Assembly: GCF_011386835.1 (NCBI RefSeq) | Contig: NC_088808.1 | Coordinates: 24,366,001-24,430,000 of the forward strand | DNA from: Chrysemys picta bellii | Taxonomy: Eukaryota | Length of the DNA: 64,000 bases | Direction of reading: 5' to 3' | In this document: positions 35,801 through 45,600 of the stretch, in pieces | How positions within the stretch are numbered: position 1 is the first letter of the stretch | Layout of the letters: the number at the start of each line of letters is the position of its first letter | Translations under genes and position numbers: made by a program | The notes under the pieces: generated by a model | Databases searched by the model: none | What the model saw: the letters and a program-made list of their open reading frames with translations, nothing else | Told to the model about the DNA's origin: nothing

Positions 35801-38800
35801 AAGTGAGTTTAAAAAACTTACAGCTGCTACTGTGAGCATATCAAAGACTTTGGTACAGTATCTCCAGGCATTTGCATTTCCGTATTTGGTTTGGCACTCA
35901 TCTGTTAAATAGAGAAATCATTTTATTGTTTGACATTTCCCCCCCCACACCCAATTCTGTTAAGGAAAAAACCCTTAAATAATTACCCTAGAACTTGAAA
36001 TCTCAATAACTAGATGAGCAAAGAAATATGCTGGGCCACCAGTTAGGAACACTGACCGTAGTACAATGAGAGAGGATTTTTCTTATGGTCATCTGTCCAT
36101 TCCACTGGCAGTGGTTCTCTCATTTCTTGCATATTCAAGCAATATTTTGGCACAGGTTTCCTCCCATCTGAATGTGACTGAAGGTGCTGCCTCCATAAAA
36201 AGCATCTTCACGCCCTTCACAACTCAAATCTCAATTTAGTTCACCATGAACAAGTCCTTGGTTCAATTCTTGTGGTATGAAAATAAGTCAGATGCTACTA
36301 GGATGATTAAATAAGACAGATGCTTCTGAAAATGCTCTTACCAAAGGAGAGGAAGAGAGCTACAGTTGCTTTGTTTGGTTTAGAAAATCAACCTGGTCCA
36401 AATTATGCTATAGGAACTAATACTCCCATTAGGCCACTAAGGAAACTGAACAGACAAATCTTAGGGTTTTTTTTTAAATAAAGAAGTTATTTCCACGTTT
36501 GAGTTGCTGAAGATCGTACTGTGAGACACAAAGAAAAGCCCTCACAAATAGGCTCTGCTAGCTACTGCCCCTAAAGCAGTCACAGTGGCACAGCATGGCC
36601 CTATCTATACAGGCAGAACCAAACCATGCAATACATTTTTGGGTCAAAGAAGACAGAGCCTCAATGTAGTCGTAAGTAACTAGGTTCTAATAAAAGGCAA
36701 CAGAGGGTCCTGTGGCACCTTTAAGACTAACAGAAGTATTGGGAGCATAAGCTTTCGTGGGTAAGAACCTCACTTCTTCAGATGCAAGAAATGGAAATTT
36801 CCAAAGGCAGGTATAAATCAGTATGGAGATAACGAGGTTAGTTCAATCAGGGAGGGTGAGGTGCTCTGCTAGCAGTTGAGGTGTGAACACCAAGGGAGGA
36901 GAAACTGCTTCTGTAGTTGGCTAGCCATTCAGTCTTTGTTTAATCCTGATCTGATGGTGTCAAATTTGCAAATGAACTGGAGCTCAGCAGTTTCTCTTTG
37001 GAGTCTGGTCCTGAAGTTTTTTTGCTGTAAGATGGCTACCTTTACATCTGCTATTGTGTGGCCAGGGAGGGTGAAGTGTTCTACAGGTTTTTGTATATTG
37101 CCATTCCTGATATCTGACTTGTGTCCATTTATCCTCTTGCGTGTGACTGTCCAGTTTGGCCAATGTACATAGCCGAGGGGCACATGATGGCATATATAAC
37201 ATTGGTGGACATGCAGGTGAATGAGCCGGTGATGTTGTAGCTGATCTGGTTAGGTCCTGTGATGGTGTTGCTGGTGTAGATATGTGGGCAGAGTTGGCAT
37301 CGAGGTTTGTTGCATGAGTTGATTCCTGAGAAAACTACAATGCATTGGTGACCGCCCAGAAAACACCATCCTAGCCACCATGGATGTAGAGGCTCTCTAC
37401 ACAAACATCCCACACACAGATGGAATACAAGCTATCAGGAACAGTATCCCTGATGACGACACAGCACAACTTGTTGCTGAGCTCTGTTGCTTTTTACAGA
37501 TTCAGACTAACACGGCTACCCCTCTGATACTAGGTTCTAATAGATCTGGATAAGTCAGACCTAGCAAGCAAGGATTCCTTAGGCATAATAGATTAAGATA
37601 TCAAGATTTATACCCGTTTCTCCTCATTTCCAGAGGGATCCAAAATCAAGTCCATTTTTCATTACATATTTTTTGAGGCAACTATTAGATCCTTGAAAGA
37701 TTTCCTCAGGTCTTGTCATAACTTAATTGTAGTTCCAAAGCTTTCAGGCAAACCCACTCCCTCAGTTTATATTATTTGTGTTATTGACTAATACTAATCT
37801 TGTTTTCATTCACTAATATTGCCTCCTCTACTGCACCAGCAGTGACTTACCAGATAAGCCATCTTTGTTACCAAGTTGGTATAATTAGAATTAAAACCTA
37901 TTATGTCCTAAGCCATAAAGAGAATTCTCTATATTTTGTTTTTTTACAGCACTTTTCAGACAATCCCAAAACACTTCAAATATTAAACCTCAACTCCCAT
38001 ATTAAGCTCTTATCTGTGAAATTGGGATAAGGAAGTCTGAGGCATAGAGGTGAAGACCTATGGTCTTACTGCAAGTCAGTGACAGACCTGGAAATAGAAT
38101 TCTACCCAGTAGATTAGAACATAGTCCTTTTCAAGACTATAATTACTGTTCCCCATACTATGCTACATTACTTCACTATTTGACAGTGTATACATTCAGA
38201 TTGGCTTATTTCTCTGATGAATCCTATTTCACGATCCACTTGGGCTCTAGAAAAGCCATACACATTGTATTCAAAATCAAATTTACCAAAGAAAGGACAG
38301 AGAATCAGTTCACTGCATTTTTAGGTTAGTTAACCACAATTCAGAAACAGTTTATAAAGACTTACCATAAAATCCATATACTTGTGTTATCTGCCTGCTC
38401 TCATGATTCCCTCGCAAGAGTGTGATACGATCAGGCCATTTAGCTTTTAGTGCAAGAAGGTAGGTGAAAGTCTCAAGACTATAGTAACCTCGGTCTACAA
38501 AGTCACCCTGCAAATTAAAAATATTTTTACATAATAAATGGAAAAGTGGTTTCAGAAGTGCACACAGTAACATATCTATTTCTAATTCCTCAATTCGTAA
38601 AGAGGCCCAACACCACGAGGCATCGTAGCACCATTAAATATGTTTTCAGAATTCAAATAGTAAAAAACAAAAAACATTTAAATGGATATTTGAAATTTCA
38701 CATTTAAAACTGAAGCATTACTTCTGTGATTCTTATGTTCCCATTCATCCAAGAAACATTTCGGGGGGTCCTTTATTAGCCACTCAAATATTCTACTTCC

Positions 38801-41558
38801 CTTCTACTGCCAATGTAAGCTAGAGCTTTTAGATAGCAGGCTATAAAATGCATTTCCTTTCATGTGAACCAGCATTACCTATTTCAAATTTTAGGTAGAC
38901 AAAATAAAAGCCACACACATTAACCAAGTGAAAGAGTAAATTTGGGAGTGGAAAATATGTTTACAAGCAAGAGAGTTAAAATGGAAACTAAAACCAAAGA
39001 AGTCTGAAATTTGTTTTAAATCAACAGTGTAATTGTAGAAGTGCTTTCCTTACACCTTTTTTTGAATGACCAACTAACATCTAATATGTACATACCATAA
39101 ATATGTAGTTTGTGTCAGGAACCTGACCTCCAGTTCTGAACAGTTCACATAAGTCATAAAACTGCAAAAAAGAGTTTGTCCATATTAAGGGTTCTGTTAT
39201 CATTGTTAGTTAAGAGTGTGTTAGCACAAGTAATTGGAATTTATCTAGGTTTAGAGAGAAATAATCATTATTTTCAAGAACAAGATAAAAGTAGGTCTGA
39301 AAAAGTTCAGCTGAACAATTATGGCCTCAACGGACAGATTTCCCATTCATCCACTTGGTGTTCAAAAGCCACATGTAAACTGCTGAAATACTGATTAGGT
39401 CTTACTTCACCAGCGCAGCTTTACAGTGTGCAAGCCCGTCATATGCATAACGCCCATCGACTTCAAATGGAGTTCCCTCCTTCTAGGATGAGGCCCCTCT
39501 TTACATTGAGCAGCTCAACAACTGCAGTTTAAGTGAGTGAGGATAATTCAGCAATGCTTCTTAATCTGTGAGGCTGACTTCCCCAAAGCACACTCTGGGA
39601 AAGTTAAAAACAGTACGTTTTTCTTCCACTGCACAAAAGCAGCTCATACAAAATATTGCAAATTACTGAACATTCAGCAGATGGTTCTGCTTCCCCGAAC
39701 TATGCTTCCCCAACCATATATTTATATTCACCATTAAGCTTTATAGACATGTTTGCAAGTGACAGACTCTGCTTGCTCTCTAGGGGTATAACATGCAAGT
39801 ATTCATGCCGTTTTACCTGTCCATGTATATCTCCACAAACTGTAACTGGTGTAGATACTGGCTGCACATTTGACTCTTCCAGCAGTAGGTCACACACATA
39901 ATCACATAAGCGCTACAGAGAAAAAGTTTACACTGATCAGCCTGTGGGTTTTGTGCATTGTAATATCAAGTATTAACAGATTTATAAACTAATGAACTAA
40001 ATTATTTGCTTTAGGATTTATTCAGGTACCAAATTCTCTAGACATCAATGAGAAACCATGCTGACATGACTTGGGATGATAAACGTGTGAGAAAGTTTGG
40101 TTACATTTGAATTAATGTTTTAAAGCGCCACTACAGACTCATACAGTTTAACTATAGTCTCAATGAGGCTCAGAGCAACAGTTCACAGAATCAGTGTAAA
40201 TTATATTATTTAAATGCTACATTAAATTGCAGTTTTGCTCTAAAAAATTAAACAGATTACCTCTGTGGTTATTTCATGTTTATTGTATCAATGATTTCTA
40301 TATTAGATATGCTCAGTTTACAAGGAAAGGAGTTAATTTCCAACTACAAACCCTAAAAACTTATCCTGGAATGAAAGACTCAGACTGGATTCTGTCCTTC
40401 TCACTCATCAACAACTAAGGTCTCAGTTACACCTGTGCAACCCCATGTTCTTCACTGCAGGTACATAGATACAGTTCACTGGAACTTAGAAAACAATTCC
40501 ATTGATGATGTACAAGAAAAGAATAGAATCCTACTCACATACTCAGGCACATTGACTCCACTGAGTCATAGAAGCAGAGTACCACATTTATTGTTGCATG
40601 ACTCTCCATATACAATAGTTAATGGACCACTTCTCTTTTAATGGTCTCACAATGTGAGAGAACTACTTATGTTAAACAAGCTGTTCCAATTTCCTATTTA
40701 GCTGAGACACTCTGGGCTTGTACACACTACCACTTCTGTTGGTATAACTTATGTCACTCGGGGTATGAATTAGACTGTAAGTGGCAGTGTGGTTTTCTTA
40801 TGCCAGCTCTCCCACTGACATAGAGCGTCTTCACAATGGCACAGCTATGCCCCTGCGGTGATTCTCGTGTAGACTACGCTCTGAGTAGCTCTCCATAATG
40901 GAAAACGAGCTCAGTAACACAAAAGTTGGTCTCTTTCACCAAAGTTGGCCCAATAAGAGATATTAGCTTACACTAGCTTATCTCTCTAAGGTACAATAGT
41001 GTGAGGTCTGCAGCATTAGAAGAGGCCAGTCACTTTTCAGACTAGAACCACACAGACAAGGATATTTCTTCCAGCTTGTACCTAGTCAAAGCAATCTGCA
41101 GAATAGCCTGTGCTGCAGGTCTGGCACTGTGCACAAGGTTGCAGACAACGTCCCAGCCCTGAGGAGCTGACACTAGCAACATGCCGGGCTACCTTAGCAA
41201 CAACCCTGTTTCTAGAAGGGACCTCCGGGCAGGGCGCCTGACCGAACAGCCGCTCGCTGAGGCGGGGATCGCTCGCACCTGTCTCCGCTTCTCCCGGGCC
41301 AGGCCACTGCCGGCGCCAGGGGAGCGAGCACAGGCCGGGAACAGCGCTGCTGCCGCACCCCAGTGCGGCGGGGCCCCAGCGCCCGGAGCCCGGTCTGCGC
41401 TGGGCAGGGGCCAAGCCGCCCCCCGGGCTCTCTCCCGCTACCTTCCGCCCGCCCCGGCCCGGCCCCGCGCCGCCGCCCCTCACCTTGAGGTCGTTCTCGG
41501 GCAGGTACTTGCAGAGCCGCGCAATCTCAACGTACTTATCCAGGTCCAGAGGCGCCAT
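32570..41558 (-). CDS. PPP6C: Serine/threonine-protein phosphatase 6 catalytic subunit, 305 aa, complete
   Basis: complement(join(32570-32818,33858-34067,35822-35901,38366-38507,39096-39161,39817-39912,41484-41558)), 918 nt; GDIHG, GDFVDRG, RGNHE motifs; ends TTTPYFL*. Confidence 0.98.
33858..34067 (-). CDS. PPP6C: PPP6C exon 6
   Basis: ctcag|[15 protein letters not shown]...GAKVTNE|gtaaaa. Confidence 0.97.
34077..35660 (-). mobile_element. CR1 LINE (3' end at 34077) interrupted by a second CR1
   Basis: AGAATCATAGAA = reverse complement of the CR1 3' tail; antisense RT-coding remnants 35110-35660. Confidence 0.8.
34676..35108 (+). mobile_element. CR1 LINE 3' fragment nested in the opposite orientation
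   Basis: CTATAAAATCATGACCGG...GGTCTGACCCAGTATGGCTGTTCTTATG. Confidence 0.8.
35822..35901 (-). CDS. PPP6C: PPP6C exon 5
   Basis: aacag|[28 protein letters not shown]|gtaagt. Confidence 0.97.
36693..37528 (-). mobile_element. Truncated, internally inverted Penelope-like element in PPP6C intron 4
   Basis: GIY-YIG remnant on - ([28 protein letters not shown]; frameshifted); RT motif remnant on + ([12 protein letters not shown]); 14-bp TSD ACTAGGTTCTAATA (36679-36692, 37529-37542). Confidence 0.92.
36745..36785 (-). ncRNA. Minimal hammerhead ribozyme motif, canonical CUGANGA/GAAA core
   Basis: GCAT CTGAAGA A GTGAGGTTCTTACCCAC GAAA GC TT ATGC. Confidence 0.75.
37945..38110 (-). mobile_element. 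MIR-like SINE remnant
   Basis: GTCTGAGGCATAGAGGTGAAG...GCAAGTCAGTGACAGACCTGGAAATAGAA, antisense core. Confidence 0.5.
38366..38507 (-). CDS. PPP6C: PPP6C exon 4
   Basis: ttgcag|GDFVDRGYY...QVYGFY G|gtaagt. Confidence 0.97.
39096..39161 (-). CDS. PPP6C: PPP6C exon 3
   Basis: ttgcag|[22 protein letters not shown]|gtatgt. Confidence 0.97.
39817..39912 (-). CDS. PPP6C: PPP6C exon 2
   Basis: ctgtag|[10 protein letters not shown]...GDIHGQ|gtaaaa. Confidence 0.97.
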
Positions 41559-42300
41559 CTTAGCAGAGCAGCTGTGGGGGGCCGGCAACTTCCGGGGGCG
41601 GTAAAGCCCCTCTGCCGCGGCCACAAGCCGGAAACAAGGGGCACTTCCGGGGCGCCCCCTAAGTTCGGGGAGGAAGCCGGAACTCAGTCAGTCCGTTCTA
41701 CCCAGGGACAGGAAACGGAGGCGCCCCCCACAGACCTCCACCAGGGGGGTGCATCCGCCTCACCTCCCAGCGTGCTCTGCGTCAGCCCTTGGCGCGCTGC
41801 GCAATGCATGCTGGGAGCCATGGCTGCCCGGGCTGCGGTGCATGCTGGGCAGTGTAGTCTCTGTGGGGCCCTCCATATTCGAGGTGGGCAGCAAGGAGAG
41901 AGGCTTGACCCCGCCCCGCCCTGTGGAGCGAGGCTCGGGCCGGCGGGGCGGGGCGGGCTGGGCGGAGGGGAGCGAGGGCCCGGGCCGGGCGCTGTAGCCG
42001 GGGCAGCCCGCGAGGCGCGGTCACTTCTCCCAGCTCGCGGGTTCTCCGCCCCCCCGGGGGCAGCGGCGGTGAGCGGGGACGGCTGGGCCGGGGCCTGGCT
42101 GCGCTGTCCCCGGGGGCCGAACGGGCCGGGACTGGAGCCGGGCAGTGCCCAGCGGGTCGCCCGGTCCTCCAGCCCGCCGGCGCGGCCGCTCCTCCGCCTG
42201 GGCAGCGCCGGGCACCCGCGTGGGGCCGCGCGATCAGCGGCCTTGTGGAGACGATGGGACCGGTCCTGCCTGCGGGGGAGGGACTCCGGGGGGGGGATTT
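41200..42300. promoter_or_regulatory. Bidirectional CpG-island promoter of PPP6C/RABEPK
   Basis: divergent genes; CCGGAAGT ETS sites on - near 41587-41594 and 41643-41650; ZNF143/Staf-type sites at 41800-41816 and 41835-41859 (-). Confidence 0.85.
41484..41558 (-). CDS. PPP6C: PPP6C exon 1
   Basis: [25 protein letters not shown]|gtgagg. Confidence 0.97.
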
Positions 42301-42545
42301 CCCCGCAGGCGCTGGGGTGGGGGCTCGGGGGGGGGATTTCCCCACAGGCACTGGAGGGGTTTGGGGGGCTCGGGGGGGATTTCCCCACAGGTGTTGGGAG
42401 GGTTTGGGGGGGTTCCCCGCAGGCACTGGGGGGAATTTCCCCACAGGCGCTGGAGGGGTTTGGGGGTCTCGGGTGGGGATGTGCCCACAGGCACTGGAGG
42501 GGTTTGGGGGGCCTGCAGGGAGAGAGACTCTAGGGGGATTTCCAT
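42290..42545. repeat. Imperfect tandem repeat of about 40 bp in RABEPK 5' UTR intron
   Basis: units GGGGGGATTTCCCCACAGGCACTGGAGGGGTTTGGGGGGCTC, about 6 copies. Confidence 0.88.
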
Positions 42546-42578
42546 GACTCTGGCTTTGCCTTCCTCTGCTCAAGATTC

Positions 42579-42637
42579 ATGAGGCCGAAGCTGCTGCCGG
42601 TTCTGGAGCCTGGAGCTGTCCCCCAAAGGGCCACATG
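42579..42637 (+). CDS. RABEPK: RABEPK first coding exon
   Basis: ctcaag|ATTC ATG; MRPKLLPVLEPGAVPQRAT TG|gtcagt. Confidence 0.9.
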
Positions 42638-45600
42638 GTCAGTGCACCCCAACATTCCCCATCCATCCTCAGTCCCCCCACCATGGCTATCATGTGTTAG
42701 AGTGGCATCAAATTCCCCTATTAAAGCCCAATAAAGCACCAGTTTCTTTGATGACTATATGGGGTTCATATTAGAATGTGGGGGGTGTTTTTTACATTCT
42801 TCCCATCAATAAATTGACACAATCTTTTCACTTAATCTGTATTCTAAACTTTCACTTTTCCCCTCATTTCACTGTTCCAGGAGTGGTTTACACCCTTCTT
42901 CTCTGGCACAGCACTTCCCCATTGAAGGCACTACAAATATCCCTGTCCTTCCCTCCCCAAACCTTTGTGTGCACGCCAGGCCTGATTCATGCCTATATTT
43001 CCCTATTCTAGGTACACACTTGTTCCCCTTGGAGAAAGCCCTAGTGCACGCGTTGGCCATAACTGCTTATATTTGCCTCCAGTCCCAACCGCTGGGAAAG
43101 GCAAAGTGGTCATCGTCGGGGGAGCAGACCCCAATGGCAGCTTCTCCGATGCCCACATCATAGATCTGGGTAAGAACAGGAAGTGTTTAGCAGTTTTGTT
43201 GCCTGTTACACTGTCTGTCCTTGGAAACCAAAAGTCTGTTCAATCTTCGCTGTACTTGGGGAGATCAGGCCAGATCCATGCAAAAACCTCAATGGGACAG
43301 TAAAAACTGTGATGATAAGGCCTAGAAACAGTGAGACAGCTTCTTACAGCAGGTGTACACTACAAATTTACATCAGCACAGCTGCACCGTGTCTGGTGAA
43401 GATGCTCAGCCTAAGCCAATGGGGGCAGCTCTCCCATCAGCTTAATAACTTCACCTCTGCGAGAGGTGGTAGCTGTGTCGGCAGGAAAAGCTCGCCCACT
43501 GACGTAGCACTGTCTACACCCGAGGCGACGGTCAGCATAACAACGTTGCTGTAGGGTGTGGATTTTTCATACCCCTGAGCGATGTAGTTCTATTAAAGTA
43601 AGGATGTAGTGTAGACCAAGCCTTAGTCTTGAGTGTTACAATCTGTCCAGATGGATGAAGGACCCAATCCTGCAGCCACATAGGTCTGAATATGGCTGTG
43701 GATGTCATTGAAAGATCAGAGCCTAGAAGGAAATAGGGTTTCAAGTTTCTTTATATTCTGGACTTGAATCTCATGTCTGTGTCCTGAGGTATGGACATCC
43801 ATGGTCATTTTGTTGGGGGTTGGGAGAGGTGAGCTAAGAAAGATATTGGGTGATCTGTCATATGCGTCTGTGCTGGAGTGCGTTTATGGGGACGCTTTCA
43901 AGTATTAGACTCCACGCTCTTGTCAAAATTAGAATATGGGCTAACATCAAGGGGCAGTGTTGACAGACTAAAGTAGCTCATCTCAGTTGAATTATTTTGT
44001 CTTATATTGAAAGGACTAACTGCCCTGAGACTTACCCCTTGAGGAGGTGGCCATCAGCCATCTATCTATGTCTGATTGTCCTCAAGTAGCATTTGTATTT
44101 AGCTGAAATTTGTTCATGGATTACACTATGCCTCAGTCAGCCTAAGGTAACTGTAGCAGTACTGGAAACACCAGTCTTGTTGCAAATGGAACTCTGCACT
44201 TACTCCCTCCATTGCAGATAGACACCAGTGGGCAATGCCTGGTTGGGTGGGCCTGTTGCCTCGATATGAACATGCCACCTTCATTCCCACAAGCAGCCCC
44301 ACTAGCCTCTGGGTGTTTGGAGGGGCTGACCAGTCTGGAAATAGAAACTGTGTTCAAGTGCTGAATCTAGGTAAGTGTGTGGTAGAATCTACCTATCCCA
44401 GCCTTCTCTTTCTTTGTCGGACAATTGGATATGCACCTGTTATCCATGTGAGAAACTGTTTGAATTACTTTGTTAGATTTGTAAAGTACAGGTTACAACT
44501 TCAAAAGCTGTATTTACAGGAAAACGATTTCCTTTATCTCCTCCTAGGAGCGTTAAAGACTAGGTAGAATCAAATCTACGACTTTCTAAAATGCTGTGGT
44601 GACTTTTGCAGTGTGACCCTCAGGTTCCTTGCCGCAGGGAATGCACTGTACACTAGTGCTTCACAGCAACGAATCCCATGCTTGGCATTAACAGGAGCAT
44701 TTTTGTGCCCAATGAGTGGGTCCTAACAGAGCCGTATCAGCCCACCATGCAGTTCAATGTGTGTGGGCCATTTGATGGTCTGCTCTGTATGGATATTAAA
44801 GATTCTTAAGAAACTAGGCGTTTGCCCTGGAGTTGTTAACCAAAAATTACTCTCCCTTCTCTGTTGTCTTATGTGCCTGTTTTTTACCTGTCTGTTGTCC
44901 TCCACTACACAGGTGACAGCATTTCAGTGGTGCTGCATATATATTGCTTGTAAAGAGCGTTTTTTAAAAGTCTCAACTTATGTAATGACAGATTCCCTGT
45001 AAAAATCTCTAGGTGTGGAATAAATACAGGAGTTTTGTAGCATTAGTGGGAAATCCTGGGAACCATGTTTGATTTCAGCATACAAATACATTCCACAAAA
45101 TCCTATGTGGCTAATGTAGAATGGACATAGCACTTTGTCAGGTGGTGTAAACAAACCTGAATTAGAAACATGAAGCTGACCAACCTTTCACTTGCAACTT
45201 GGATTTTTCACTCATTTCCCAAAAGTCATTTTTTGCCACTTTTGACGTTTTTTTTTTTCCTGACACTGTTTTGTGTGTTTAATAACTCCCTAGTCAAGTC
45301 AATCTCAGCTCTGAAGAATTCATATAAATAAGGTAACTTCTTGTTATTTATTTGTGAATAATTATCATTTCATCTTTTAATTAGAAACAGGAATCTGGGA
45401 AAGTCCTAAAGTGACTGGGACTCAACCACTCCCTAGGACATTCCACACGTCATCAGCGGCTATAGGAGACCGGCTTTATGTTCTTGGAGGGGGAGATAAA
45501 GGAGCAGAGCCCGTTAAAGATCCACAACTTCACGTGTTTGACACAGGTACCTCTAAATAACTAATATTTTGTTACACTGAGTTAAATGATTCATTGTCAA

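Noticed and set aside
41559-41624. 22-aa N-terminal extension of PPP6C
   Set aside because: The start is GTG, not ATG; may lie upstream of the TSS; no homology support.
41181-42533. 450-aa + strand ORF
   Set aside because: Runs antisense through PPP6C exon 1, the CpG island and a G-rich repeat; Gly/Ala/Pro/Arg low complexity; stop-codon scarcity explains it.
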